A stretch of DNA of 64,000 bases, from contig CAUSWF010000003.1 in the NCBI GenBank assembly GCA_963535465.1, forward strand, positions 38,112-102,111. The letters run 5' to 3'. How positions within the stretch are numbered: position 1 is the first letter of the stretch; each line of letters begins with the position of its first letter. Shown here in pieces: positions 13,872 through 23,953 of this stretch. The notes below the pieces were generated by a model that was not told where the DNA came from, did not search any database, and was given only the letters and a program-made list of their open reading frames with translations. The position numbers were made by a program, and so were the translations under genes. The stretch comes from an uncultured Erysipelotrichaceae bacterium (lineage in GTDB: Bacteria; Bacillota_I; Bacilli_A; RF39; UBA660).

Positions 13872-14015
13872 TACACCTCCTCATTTAGGAGTGCCATAAA
13901 AAAGGTTCTTCACGCGAAGAACCTCTTTATCTATAAAAAGTTCCTCGGTAGGATTTATTTATATACCTACTGTCTATGGCACCAATAAATTAAAACTATT
14001 ATATACAACTATTTT
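13872..14015 (-). promoter_or_regulatory. Probable L10 (rplJ) autoregulatory leader RNA
   Basis: 144-nt untranslated region upstream of rplJ. Contains a long-range stem GUGCCAUAG...CUAUGGCAC and a perfect internal hairpin GUUCUUCGCGUGAAGAAC, consistent with L10-leader architecture in Firmicutes. Confidence 0.45.
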
Positions 14016-14711
14016 CTATTTGTCAAAATTATTTTCAACTTTAATTCCAGGACCCATTGTAGAACAAATTGTTATGTTCTTAACGTATTCACCTTTTACT
14101 GTTGAAGGTTTAACTTTAAGAAGTTGAGCCATAAATGCATCTAAGTTTTCAATTAAATCTTCTGCACTAAATGAAACTCTACCAATTATACCATGTACAT
14201 TACCAAATGAATCAGTTCTATACTCTGCTCTTCCTGCTTTTACTTCTTTAACTGCTTTAGCAACATCTACTGTAACTGTACCAGTCTTAGGATTTGGCAT
14301 TAAACCTTTTGGTCCTAATACTTTACCTAACTTACCAAGTAAAGGCATCATTTCTGGACTAGCAATGATTGTATCGAATTCAAACCAATTTTCATTAGCT
14401 ATCTTATCGATTAAATCAACTTCTCCAACGTATTCAGCTCCAGCCTCACGTGCTTCAGCTGCCTTTGGTCCTTTAGTTAAAACTAAAACTCTAACTTCTT
14501 TTCCTGTTCCTTTTGGTAAAGCAACAGCTCCTCTTAATTGTTGGTCAGCTTTCTTAGTATCTAAGTTTAATCTAACTGCTACTTCAACTGATCCATCAAA
14601 AGAAGTTACAGAAGTTTCTTTAACTAATTTAGCTGCTTCTTCTTTAGTATAAACTTTACCTTTTTCTAATTTAGATAAAGCTTCTACATATTTTTTACTT
14701 CTTTTTTTCAT
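14016..14711 (-). CDS. rplA: 50S ribosomal protein L1
   Basis: 231 aa L1 homolog. Confidence 0.95.
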   Translation of the reverse strand: MKKRSKKYVEALSKLEKGKVYTKEEAAKLVKETSVTSFDGSVEVAVRLNLDTKKADQQLRGAVALPKGTGKEVRVLVLTKGPKAAEAREAGAEYVGEVDLIDKIANENWFEFDTIIASPEMMPLLGKLGKVLGPKGLMPNPKTGTVTVDVAKAVKEVKAGRAEYRTDSFGNVHGIIGRVSFSAEDLIENLDAFMAQLLKVKPSTVKGEYVKNITICSTMGPGIKVENNFDK

Positions 14712-14780
14712 ATTTCCTCCTTATGTGGTTTAAGCGGATTTATTCCTTCCACTAGGTATTAACCATGTGTTTTATTTTAA

Positions 14781-15206
14781 TTAATCTTCTACTTCGATTC
14801 CCATGTTTTTAGCAGTACCCGCAACTATATTCATAGCAGCCTCTACTGTATAAGCATTTAAATCAGGTAACTTAGTTTCAGCTATTTCTTTTAATTGATC
14901 TTTAGTTAACTTACCAACAATCTTCTTAGAACCATTAGTTGAACCTTTAGTAACCTTAGCATATTTCTTAATTAAGAAACCTGCTGGTGGAGTTTTGATT
15001 ACGAAATCATAACTTCTATCATCATATAATTTAATTTCAACTGGTAAAATGTCACCCATCTTATCTTTAGTTGCATCATTATATCTAGAACAAAACTCTG
15101 ATAAATTAATTCCTGCTGGTCCTAATACTGTTCCTACTGGTGGAGCTGGATTAGCCTTTCCTGCTGGAATTTGTAACTTAATTATTTTTACTACTTCTTT
15201 TGCCAC
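14781..15206 (-). CDS. rplK: 50S ribosomal protein L11
   Basis: 141 aa L11 homolog (PPVGPALG-type motif present as [11 protein letters not shown]). Confidence 0.95.
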   Translation of the reverse strand: MAKEVVKIIKLQIPAGKANPAPPVGTVLGPAGINLSEFCSRYNDATKDKMGDILPVEIKLYDDRSYDFVIKTPPAGFLIKKYAKVTKGSTNGSKKIVGKLTKDQLKEIAETKLPDLNAYTVEAAMNIVAGTAKNMGIEVED

Positions 15207-15351
15207 AAAAACACCTCCTATTTATAAGTTTTCGGGAGTGGTTCAAATAGCCGATTACCGCTCTTAATCGTTTCTCTGCTTCCCACTAATCTATATTAAA
15301 TTTAATATAGCGACTAAATAATACCATAAATTACTTATATAATCAAGCAAT

Positions 15352-15888
15352 TTATGCTTTTTGTATTTGATTTATTTCAACTTCTACTGAAGTTTCTTGT
15401 CCAAATAAATCTACTGATAAATTAACTTTATTATTAGCTAAATCAATATTAACAACTTTACCATACATTCCATTGAATGGTCCTGCAACAATCTTAACTT
15501 TAGAATCAACATCTAAGTCCTTAGAAACATCAACTCTACTAATTCCCATATTGTTAAGAATATTATCAACTTCATATGGTTGTAATGGAGTAGGTTTAGC
15601 ACCCTTACCACTAGAACCAATGAATCCTGTTACACCTGGAGTATTTCTAACTACATACCAAGCTTCATCACTCATAACCATTTCAACTAAAATATATCCT
15701 GGGAACATTTTCTTAATCTTTTCTTTTGTAACACCATCTTTTACTTCAATAACTTTTTCTTCAGGAATAACTACTCTAAAAATATAATCTTCCATCCCCA
15801 TAGACTCAGCCTTAGCAAGTAATTTTTCTTTTACCTTTGACTCATGTCCTGAATAAGTGTTAACTACATACCATTGTTTCTCTTCCAT
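15352..15888 (-). CDS. nusG: Transcription termination/antitermination factor NusG
   Basis: 178 aa. NGN domain and KOW domain (GPFNGMYGKVVNID). Confidence 0.93.
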   Translation of the reverse strand: MEEKQWYVVNTYSGHESKVKEKLLAKAESMGMEDYIFRVVIPEEKVIEVKDGVTKEKIKKMFPGYILVEMVMSDEAWYVVRNTPGVTGFIGSSGKGAKPTPLQPYEVDNILNNMGISRVDVSKDLDVDSKVKIVAGPFNGMYGKVVNIDLANNKVNLSVDLFGQETSVEVEINQIQKA

Positions 15889-15901
15889 AAATAACTCCTA
15901 A

Positions 15902-16228
15902 CTAAATTAATGATTGAACTAAAGCAAATAATATATTAATTAAATAGAAAAATAAAGAACAAAATATTACAAACATAATAGTTGCGATAGAATAACGAAT
16001 CATATCATTCTTACCTAACCAATGTATTTTATCAAATTCACCTTTAACTTCTCTAAAGAAATTCTTAACATTTTCTACAAAACTATTTTTATTATCTTTC
16101 TTAGTCTTATTCACTTTCGTATTCTTTTTTTCATTTACTTTTTTTACTTCTTTTTTACTTGATTTAGAAGTATTGATATTATCAATATCATATTTAGCAT
16201 TTTTCTTATTTTTTCTAACTTCAGCCAT
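15902..16228 (-). CDS. secE: Preprotein translocase subunit SecE (with long Lys-rich N-terminal extension)
   Basis: C-terminal FFREVKGEFDKIHWLGKNDMIRYSIATIMFVIF matches the SecE core. Start set to the ATG preceded by AAAGGTGAT (MAEVRK...). Confidence 0.85.
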   Translation of the reverse strand: MAEVRKNKKNAKYDIDNINTSKSSKKEVKKVNEKKNTKVNKTKKDNKNSFVENVKNFFREVKGEFDKIHWLGKNDMIRYSIATIMFVIFCSLFFYLINILFALVQSLI

Positions 16229-16248
16229 AATATCACCTTTCATTTAAC

Positions 16249-16271
16249 TAAAATAAAAACACTTTTAAGTG
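16249..16271 (-). terminator. terminator downstream of the sigH-like/16305 gene pair
   Basis: Minus strand reads CACTTaaaAGTG followed by TTTTTATTTT. Confidence 0.4.
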
Positions 16272-16304
16272 CTAGATATAAAATACCACAGCAACATAAA
16301 AATG

Positions 16305-16928
16305 TCAATTATTTATATATAGAATCATCATAAATGCCATAAGCATTGCTGTCATAATAAATATTATAGGATAAAATACTATATTTATATTAGCCCTTCT
16401 ATTTAAACTATTAAATTTATATATCTTTTCAAGTATAGCATTATTCTTATCATTTTTAATAATAGGACTATCTAAATTCAATTCTTCAGATAATTTATTA
16501 AGCTCACCCATTCTCTTAGCTTCAAAAAATTCTGATAAATAAACTGAAGCAGATGCAGTAATAACTCCTTTATAGTAAGGAATTACATCAACAGGAATCA
16601 TTGTTGCAAATAAATCAAAATTATTTTTCAAATAATTATAATCTAAAAGTTCTAAACAATCAGCATATAAACCTATTTGCAAAAAACATAATTTAGTTAT
16701 ATCACTCTTAACATCTTCATAACTATTTTTAGGAACAACTTCATATAAGGCAAAACCATTTTCATCAACAGATATACTGTCAATATTAAAATCAACAACT
16801 CTATAATCATTATCATGTACATATTTTAAACTGATATGCATTTTCTCAAATAATGAAGATAGTTCACTGTCATTTTTACATTTTTTTAAATATTCTGATA
16901 ATTTTGTATATCTATCCATACACTTCAC
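16305..16928 (-). CDS. Hypothetical tail-anchored protein (single C-terminal transmembrane helix), translationally coupled to the sigH-like gene
   Basis: 207-aa ORF starting 1 nt after the sigma gene stop. C-terminal segment IVFYPIIFIMTAMLMAFMMILYI is hydrophobic. No recognisable family. Confidence 0.55.
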   Translation of the reverse strand: MKCMDRYTKLSEYLKKCKNDSELSSLFEKMHISLKYVHDNDYRVVDFNIDSISVDENGFALYEVVPKNSYEDVKSDITKLCFLQIGLYADCLELLDYNYLKNNFDLFATMIPVDVIPYYKGVITASASVYLSEFFEAKRMGELNKLSEELNLDSPIIKNDKNNAILEKIYKFNSLNRRANINIVFYPIIFIMTAMLMAFMMILYINN

Positions 16929-17525
16929 CTATCTTAATTCTAATATATTAGTCTTAAAAAAACTAGACCTTTTAATTTGATTTCTAACTTTACGAATACT
17001 ATTTTCAATATATTTACTATTAGTGTCTAATAAATTAGCAATTTCTTTATTAGAAAAGCCATTATATTTAAGTTCAAATATTAAAGATAAATCATCAGGT
17101 AACATATTTATAATATCTCTAGTAAGACCACCATAATAATTATTTAAAAATTTATAATGACTTTCATCCATATAATCGTAATATGACAACATTTTTTCTT
17201 CTTTTAAGTATTCTAATCCCAATTTACTAATATAATTATAATTCTTCTTACAATAACTTATAAGCCTTCTATTTATACAAAGTACAGCATAAGTATAAAA
17301 TAAAGCACCAGAATCAGGATCATAATTTTTAATCGCATTATATAAAGCGATATTAGCTTCTTGCTTAATATCATCATAATCTATTTTCATATTATTACTC
17401 TTATTAAACTTATTAGTAACACTATTAATAATAGGAGTATATTTACTATATAAATTTAATATTGCATCTTCATTATTTTCTCTGACCTGGCTAATTAGTT
17501 CATAGTCGTTTATCTCATACTTCAT
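16929..17525 (-). CDS. sigH: SigH-like alternative sigma-70 family factor (short, Staphylococcus SigH/competence-sigma-like)
   Basis: 198 aa with sigma region 2 (DYDDIKQEANIALYNAIKNYDP) and region 4 HTH (NGFSNKEIANLLDTNSKYIENSIRKVRNQIK). Lies at the conserved cysS-mrnC-rlmB-sigH locus. Confidence 0.8.
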   Translation of the reverse strand: MKYEINDYELISQVRENNEDAILNLYSKYTPIINSVTNKFNKSNNMKIDYDDIKQEANIALYNAIKNYDPDSGALFYTYAVLCINRRLISYCKKNYNYISKLGLEYLKEEKMLSYYDYMDESHYKFLNNYYGGLTRDIINMLPDDLSLIFELKYNGFSNKEIANLLDTNSKYIENSIRKVRNQIKRSSFFKTNILELR

Positions 17526-17530
17526 AAATC

Positions 17531-18229
17531 CTACTTTCTATTCCTAATCACCTCATATATCATAATACCAGCAGCAACACTAGCATTTAAACTATTAGTA
17601 ACTCCATACATCGGTATCTTAACTAAGTAATCACAATTTTTTTGAACAAGATTCGACATCCCACTACCTTCATTTCCTATAATAAGACAAGTCTTCATAT
17701 CATAGTCAACACTTCTATAATCAACAGAATTATTTAAAGCAGTTCCTACTATCCAAAATCCTTCTTTCTTTAATTCTCTAATTGTATTACTTATATTAGT
17801 AACTTGAACTATATCCATATTATTTATAGTACCAACACTAGTCTTCATAACAGTAGCATTGACCTGAACCTGTCTATCTTTAGGTATTATAATTGCATCT
17901 ACTCCTGCAGCTTCACAAGTTCTAATAATAGCTCCTAAATTATGTGGATCTTCTATATGATCAAGAAGAACAATAAAATTAGGTTTTTTAGATAACACAT
18001 TTTCTAAACTCTTATATGAGTAATCAGGAATGTCTAATATTATACCTTGATTAACTCCGGGTGCCAAACGATCAATTTCTCTTTTTGAAACAATTATATA
18101 TTCAATTTTACTATTTTCAAGCATAGTTATAATATTTTGATCATTAAAACCTTCTTGTATATATATTTTATTAATTTTAGAATTATTTTCTAATAACTCT
18201 TTTGCTACATTTCTTCCATATACTAACAT
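17531..18229 (-). CDS. rlmB: TrmH-family 23S rRNA 2'-O-methyltransferase (RlmB/YacO)
   Basis: SpoU/TrmH motifs (LDHIEDPHNLGAIIRTCEAAGVDAIII, IGNEGSGMS). Conserved position after mrnC. Confidence 0.85.
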   Translation of the reverse strand: MLVYGRNVAKELLENNSKINKIYIQEGFNDQNIITMLENSKIEYIIVSKREIDRLAPGVNQGIILDIPDYSYKSLENVLSKKPNFIVLLDHIEDPHNLGAIIRTCEAAGVDAIIIPKDRQVQVNATVMKTSVGTINNMDIVQVTNISNTIRELKKEGFWIVGTALNNSVDYRSVDYDMKTCLIIGNEGSGMSNLVQKNCDYLVKIPMYGVTNSLNASVAAGIMIYEVIRNRK

Positions 18230-18604
18230 CTACTCACCTAATATGAAATCCATAATTTCATCTATTCTTTCTCTTTTACCATCTATTTCTAAATATCCAA
18301 TTAAAGATTCTAATCCAGTAGCCATCTTATAAGTAACAATATCAGTATTTTTAGGATGACTAGTAGTTTTATAATTTCTACCTCTCTTATATATTTCTAT
18401 TTCATCATCTGAAAGGAAATTAGATTCAAGCATCCTCTTAACATTAGCTGCTTGACTCTTTGCACTAACATATTTAATAGATTCTTTTTGTATCTCATTA
18501 ACATTTGAAAAAAATCTATTAACTAAATATTTCCTTACATAATTTTCATATATAGTATCTCCAAGATAAGCTAATATTAAAACATTATATTCACAAGTCT
18601 TCAT
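18230..18604 (-). CDS. mrnC: Mini-ribonuclease 3
   Basis: 124 aa. LAYLGDTIYENYVRKYL RNase III signature. Conserved cysS-mrnC order. Confidence 0.85.
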   Translation of the reverse strand: MKTCEYNVLILAYLGDTIYENYVRKYLVNRFFSNVNEIQKESIKYVSAKSQAANVKRMLESNFLSDDEIEIYKRGRNYKTTSHPKNTDIVTYKMATGLESLIGYLEIDGKRERIDEIMDFILGE

Positions 18605-18605
18605 A

Positions 18606-19988
18606 TTACACCATCTTGTAAGTAGTACCTTCTTTAGTATCTATAAGTTGAACTCCAAGTTTTAATAACTCATTTCTAATATCATCAGCTAAAGCATAAT
18701 CTTTATTTAACTTAGCAATTTTTCTCTCTTCAATTTTATTAATTATATAATCATGCTGGACAGCTTCACTCTTTTCTTTTATTAAATCAAGTCCTAACAC
18801 TTTATCAAAATCTTTAACCAACGCTAATTTAGTATGATCGTTTACTTCATTATCTTTTAGTAAAGAATATAAAACAGTCAATCCATTAGCAGTATTTAAA
18901 TCATTAGAAATTTCATCTATAAATAATTTTCTATATTTATCATAACTATCTTTTATAAGATTCCCATTATCTGTTAATAATTCTATTTTATTTCTAAGTT
19001 TCTTAAGTTGCTCACTTGCTTGATTTAAAGCCTCATACGTAAATAAAAGTTGTTTTCTATAATGAGAATTTATACACATAAATCTAAAAGCTAAAGGATC
19101 ATATCCTTTTTCTTCTAATACACTAACAGTAAGTATTGCTCCATTAGACTTACTCATCTTACCAGTAGAATCTAATAAATGCTCATTATGAAACCAATAA
19201 TTACACCACTTATGACCAAGAAAAGCTTCACTTTGAGCAATTTCATTAGTATGATGTGGAAATATATTATCTACTCCACCGCCATGAATATCTAATCTTT
19301 CACCTAAATATTTTAATGAAATACCAGAACACTCTATATGCCAACCTGGATATCCTCTACCATATGGAGAATCCCAAAGTAATTCATGATTTTCAAATTT
19401 ACTATTAGTAAACCATAAAGCAAAATCAGCTTGATTTCTCTTGTTACTATCTTCTCCTACACCTTCTCTAACACCAACTTTTAACTCTTTGTCATTAGTT
19501 AAAGTATAATAATGGTCAAGTTTAGAAACATCAAAATATACATTACCACCACTTTGATATGCATAACCATCTTTAATTAATTTATCTATAATTTTAATAT
19601 ATTCATCAATATTATTAGTAGCAGAACTAACTATCTCAGGCATTATACAATTAACTTTAGAATAATCTTTAAAAAAAGCATCAGTATAAAATTTAGCTAT
19701 TTCCATTGAAGTTTTACCTTCCCTTTTTTTAGCTATCTCCATTTTATCTTCGCCTTGATCACTATCACCACTTAAATGTCCTACATCTGTAATATTCATA
19801 GCTCTAGTAACTTCATATCCTAAATATTTTAATGTTCTATATAAAATATCATGGCCTATATAATTCCTAATATTACCAATATGAGCGTAATGATATACCG
19901 TAGGACCACATGTATACATTTTTACCTTTCCTTCTTCAAATGGCTTAAATTCTTCTATACTTCTAGTTAATGTATTATATATCTTCAT
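18606..19988 (-). CDS. cysS: Cysteine--tRNA ligase
   Basis: 460 aa. HIGN motif (HIGNIRNYI) and KMSKS motif. Confidence 0.95.
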   Translation of the reverse strand: MKIYNTLTRSIEEFKPFEEGKVKMYTCGPTVYHYAHIGNIRNYIGHDILYRTLKYLGYEVTRAMNITDVGHLSGDSDQGEDKMEIAKKREGKTSMEIAKFYTDAFFKDYSKVNCIMPEIVSSATNNIDEYIKIIDKLIKDGYAYQSGGNVYFDVSKLDHYYTLTNDKELKVGVREGVGEDSNKRNQADFALWFTNSKFENHELLWDSPYGRGYPGWHIECSGISLKYLGERLDIHGGGVDNIFPHHTNEIAQSEAFLGHKWCNYWFHNEHLLDSTGKMSKSNGAILTVSVLEEKGYDPLAFRFMCINSHYRKQLLFTYEALNQASEQLKKLRNKIELLTDNGNLIKDSYDKYRKLFIDEISNDLNTANGLTVLYSLLKDNEVNDHTKLALVKDFDKVLGLDLIKEKSEAVQHDYIINKIEERKIAKLNKDYALADDIRNELLKLGVQLIDTKEGTTYKMV

Positions 19989-20061
19989 AATTGCACCTCA
20001 GAATTAGTATAACATTTTATAACAAAAGAAAAAAGAATTAGATTTCTCTAATTCAATTTAA

Positions 20062-21771
20062 TTATATTAATGATACTAATACCAATATAATTAATACTAG
20101 TACTAATAATTCTAATACAATTTTCCAAACTGATTTAATCCAATCAGTATAATTAATTTCAAATTTACTTAATCCATATAATAAAACTACACTTGTTGGA
20201 GCAACAAACATAACTAATCCATAAATCATTTGTACAGTTAATGCGATTAATGGATTTAATTTTATATCAGCTGCCTTTAATGTAATTTGAGGTAATATAC
20301 TATAGAAAGTATATGTCATATCACCATTTAATACTGAACCTAATGCTGCGATTAATGAAGTAATTATTAATGAAAATCCTTTGTTTAAACCAAGTAATGC
20401 ATTATAAATATATGCTTGGAATGGATGTAAAGCATTAATTACTACAATTAGATAAACTAATCCAGTAAGTAAAGCAGGAACAACAGCCTTTGAAACTCCA
20501 TCGATAAATCCATCTATTAAGTCATCTAATTTAACTTTATAAATAAATGCTATTAATAATACAGTGAAGAATATTAATATATTTAAATTATTTAAACTCC
20601 ATCCACCGAATTCAACTATTCCACCTAATAATTTAGAGAATAATTTAAATCCAAATATTGAATATGATGAAATATCTTTTACTAAAACTTCAAAATATTT
20701 AACTCCAAATACTGTATTCCATGGCATAAATGCTATAACTGTAAGTACAGCAAGTAGTCCTAAAATAACTGCCAGTGGAATCAATGATTGTTTAACGTTT
20801 TCTGCTTTAAGCATAATTACATCTTGATCAATCAAATCAGCTTTATTTGGATTCTTCTTAGTAGTTTTCTTAGTAGTCTTCTTAGAAGATTTTGTTGTCT
20901 TTGAAGTCTTCTTAGTAACCTTAGTTTCTTTAGTTAATTTAGCTTCTTTTACATTGTCTTTCTTATTTTCTTCTTTTACTACAACTTTTTCTGTTACTTT
21001 TTTATTTGTTTCTACTAAATTATAAGCAAGTATAACTAAACCTAATAATAACACAATAAACTTATATACTACATTAGTATTGTAATTAGTAATATTAAGC
21101 ATTGAATATGCAGCATTCAAATTAGTTGACGCATAAGTAGTAGTCATAACTCCTAATAATATAGAAGATATAGTAGCAATAGCAACCTTCTTCTTATCAA
21201 TACCAGTTTTTATCATAACACTAACTACAAATGGTGCTAATAAGAACATAACCAATTGTAATCCTGCAACATTAACTAATGATGCAAATAGTGTCATTAC
21301 TAAAATCATAAATATGTACTTATTATCTAAAATCTTAGCTAGTAATGTTGCAACTGCTGACAATAACACAGCAACTAATACTACAGCAAGAATTCCATAT
21401 AATGTACCAACAAATTTAATAGCAGCTGGCATATAAACTAATGCTGTAAGAACAGCCATAGGTATTGCGTAGCATAATTCCTTTCCTGTTTCAATTTGCT
21501 TAGATGTCTTATTTATCAAAGCATGATATGCTGGAATATTATTTAAAATTCCATAAAAGCCACCAACAACAAGTACAAATACTACAACATATCCAAAATA
21601 TTGTAATAAAGGTTGTTGATAACTAAATAGGTTAAATAAACCTAATTGTGAACCATCTTTAATTACTTGAAATTTGCCTGGTTGAATACTACCACCAGGA
21701 ACTAACCAAGTTAATAATATAACAACACATAAAGTAATTAAAACAGCCTTTAATGTATTATGTTTTTTCAT
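20062..21771 (-). CDS. Polytopic membrane transporter, possibly YfcC/ArcD-like, with a Lys/Thr-rich low-complexity central loop
   Basis: 569 aa. N-terminal LTWLVPGG motif resembles the YfcC family. Two multi-helix halves are separated by about 70 aa of KT-rich sequence (TKKTSKTTKSSKKTTKKTTKK). GGGAGGG RBS present. Confidence 0.6.
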   Translation of the reverse strand: MKKHNTLKAVLITLCVVILLTWLVPGGSIQPGKFQVIKDGSQLGLFNLFSYQQPLLQYFGYVVVFVLVVGGFYGILNNIPAYHALINKTSKQIETGKELCYAIPMAVLTALVYMPAAIKFVGTLYGILAVVLVAVLLSAVATLLAKILDNKYIFMILVMTLFASLVNVAGLQLVMFLLAPFVVSVMIKTGIDKKKVAIATISSILLGVMTTTYASTNLNAAYSMLNITNYNTNVVYKFIVLLLGLVILAYNLVETNKKVTEKVVVKEENKKDNVKEAKLTKETKVTKKTSKTTKSSKKTTKKTTKKNPNKADLIDQDVIMLKAENVKQSLIPLAVILGLLAVLTVIAFMPWNTVFGVKYFEVLVKDISSYSIFGFKLFSKLLGGIVEFGGWSLNNLNILIFFTVLLIAFIYKVKLDDLIDGFIDGVSKAVVPALLTGLVYLIVVINALHPFQAYIYNALLGLNKGFSLIITSLIAALGSVLNGDMTYTFYSILPQITLKAADIKLNPLIALTVQMIYGLVMFVAPTSVVLLYGLSKFEINYTDWIKSVWKIVLELLVLVLIILVLVSLI

Positions 21772-21839
21772 AATTACCCTCCCATAATAATTATAGTATT
21801 AAAATAGTATATTTACAAGATTTTTAAGTGAAAATACTA

Positions 21840-21864
21840 TGAAAAAAGAAACTATTCAGTTTCT
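21840..21864 (-). terminator. lysS terminator overlapping the stop codon
   Basis: Minus strand reads AGAAACTgaatAGTTTCT followed by TTTTTT. Confidence 0.45.
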
Positions 21865-23357
21865 TTATTTTTATCTTTCAAATTTGGCTTCATAAGCGGG
21901 AATAATAATACATCTCTAATAGAATCTTGTTCAGTAAAGAACATACATAATCTATCTATTCCATATCCAATTCCACCTGCCGGAGGCATACCATATTCTA
22001 ATGCTTCAACGAAATCCATATCGATATCATTAGCCTCAGCATTTCCTAAATCTCTTTCTTTCAATTGATTTTCAAATCTTTCTAATTGATCTATAGGATC
22101 ATTTAATTCAGTATATGCATTAGCAAATTCTTTTCCTGCAATAAAGAATTCAAATCTTTGAGTAAATCTTGGATCTTCAGGATCTTTCTTAGTAAGTGGA
22201 GATATTTCAATTGGATGGCCATATAAGAATGTAGGTTGAATTAATGTCTCTTCAACATATTTTTCAAAGAATTTATTAATTATATGACCATATTGCTTCT
22301 CATGTTCCATAAGTTCAATATTATGTTCTTCAGCCACTTTTAAAGCCCCTTCTAAATCAAGTTTCTTGAAATCAATCCCTGTTTGTTCTTTAATAGCATC
22401 TGTCATACTAATCTTCTTAAATTCACCAGCTAAACTTATATCATGTCCATACCATCTGAATACTTCTTTACCAAATACTTCTTTAGCAATTGTCTTATAC
22501 ATATCCTCTGTCATAGACATCATACCATCTAAATCACTATAAGCAAGATATGCTTCCATTAAGGTAAATTCAGGATTATGTTTTAAATCCATTCCTTCAT
22601 TTCTAAATACTCTTCCAATTTCATAAACAGCTTCCATTCCACCTACTAATAATCTCTTAAGTGGTAATTCTAATGCTATTCTTAAATATAAATCTAAATC
22701 TTGTGCATTATGATGTGTTATAAATGGTCTAGCAGATGCTCCAGTTAATAAATTAGTTAAAACAGGATTTTCTACTTCAACAAATCCTCTGTTATCCATA
22801 AATCTTTGAATACATCTAATAATTTTAGGTCTAATAAAAGCTATATTTTTAGACTCTTGATTAACTATCAAATCAACATATCTTCTTCTATATCTTTCTT
22901 CTTTATCAGCAAGTCCATGAAATTTTTCAGGTAATGGTCTTAATGCTTTAACTAAATGTGTATATTCTAAACATTTAATAGTAACTTCTCCTGTCTTAGT
23001 CTTCATTAATTTACCATAAACTCCGACTATATCTCCTAAATCAGCACTCTTGAAAAATTCATAAGTATCTTCTCCTACATCATTTACTGATATATATACT
23101 TGTATAAAACCAGTCTTATCCTGAATACTAAAAAATGATGCTTTACCCATTCTTCTTATGAACATTATTCTTCCAGCTACTTTAGCATACGCATCTAACT
23201 TTTCAAAATCATCATGTTCTACATCTTTATATTTTTCTTTTAATTCACTAGCGTAACTATCTCTATCAAATCTTTGTCCAAACGGATCAATACCCATCTC
23301 AGCTATTCTCTTAGCTTTTTCTCTTCTTACTAACTCTTGCTCACTAAATTCTCTCAT
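21852..23357 (-). CDS. lysS: Lysine--tRNA ligase (class II)
   Basis: 501 aa. Class II aaRS motifs (FRNEGMDLKHNPEFT, GGGIGYGIDRL). Confidence 0.95.
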   Translation of the reverse strand: MREFSEQELVRREKAKRIAEMGIDPFGQRFDRDSYASELKEKYKDVEHDDFEKLDAYAKVAGRIMFIRRMGKASFFSIQDKTGFIQVYISVNDVGEDTYEFFKSADLGDIVGVYGKLMKTKTGEVTIKCLEYTHLVKALRPLPEKFHGLADKEERYRRRYVDLIVNQESKNIAFIRPKIIRCIQRFMDNRGFVEVENPVLTNLLTGASARPFITHHNAQDLDLYLRIALELPLKRLLVGGMEAVYEIGRVFRNEGMDLKHNPEFTLMEAYLAYSDLDGMMSMTEDMYKTIAKEVFGKEVFRWYGHDISLAGEFKKISMTDAIKEQTGIDFKKLDLEGALKVAEEHNIELMEHEKQYGHIINKFFEKYVEETLIQPTFLYGHPIEISPLTKKDPEDPRFTQRFEFFIAGKEFANAYTELNDPIDQLERFENQLKERDLGNAEANDIDMDFVEALEYGMPPAGGIGYGIDRLCMFFTEQDSIRDVLLFPLMKPNLKDKNKETE

Positions 23358-23953
23358 ACTTCTCCTCCTAAATCATTAACTACTTGAGTAGATGCAACTA
23401 AATCATGTAGACCTCTACCATCAAGCCTAAATATCATCATCAAACTTGAAATTATCATTATAATTCGATTAATAGTTGATATATAATCATCATATAATAG
23501 AAAATGTTTCTTATCTAATAATAAAAACAATGAAAATGAAATCAAATTATATAATATATAATTAATCATCAAACTTCTAATAATCATATCATTGATATTA
23601 ATCTTACCTTTATTAGAAATCACTTTCAATCTAAGAACTTTTTTACCTAACGTTCTACCACCTAAATAATATTGTAATAAACCATAATATGCTATAGATA
23701 CAAAAATTAAACTTACAGAAAATCCTCCATTGGCAACATTATTTTCATAAATCAAATCGTTATACATTTTATTAAATTCTTCATTACTTAAATTCTTATC
23801 TCTATAATGAGTAAGAAATTCACTAATTTTGCCATTATTCTTTTTTAAATTCTCTTGATTTGTAAAAGGTAATAATAAAATTGCTGCCAATAGTGCAACT
23901 ATTATAAAATCAAGTATATATGCAAATAATCTTTTAATAAATAGCGGTTTCAT
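23354..23953 (-). CDS. RDD-family membrane protein
   Basis: 199 aa. Transmembrane helices plus an R..D..D signature (FRLDGRGLHDLVASTQVV). Confidence 0.7.
   Translation of the reverse strand: MKPLFIKRLFAYILDFIIVALLAAILLLPFTNQENLKKNNGKISEFLTHYRDKNLSNEEFNKMYNDLIYENNVANGGFSVSLIFVSIAYYGLLQYYLGGRTLGKKVLRLKVISNKGKININDMIIRSLMINYILYNLISFSLFLLLDKKHFLLYDDYISTINRIIMIISSLMMIFRLDGRGLHDLVASTQVVNDLGGEV

Noticed and set aside
15207-15351. Possible L1-binding leader upstream of rplK
   Set aside because: This is the expected position, but I could not find a convincing L1-site mimic or pairing by eye. Left uncalled pending a covariance-model search.
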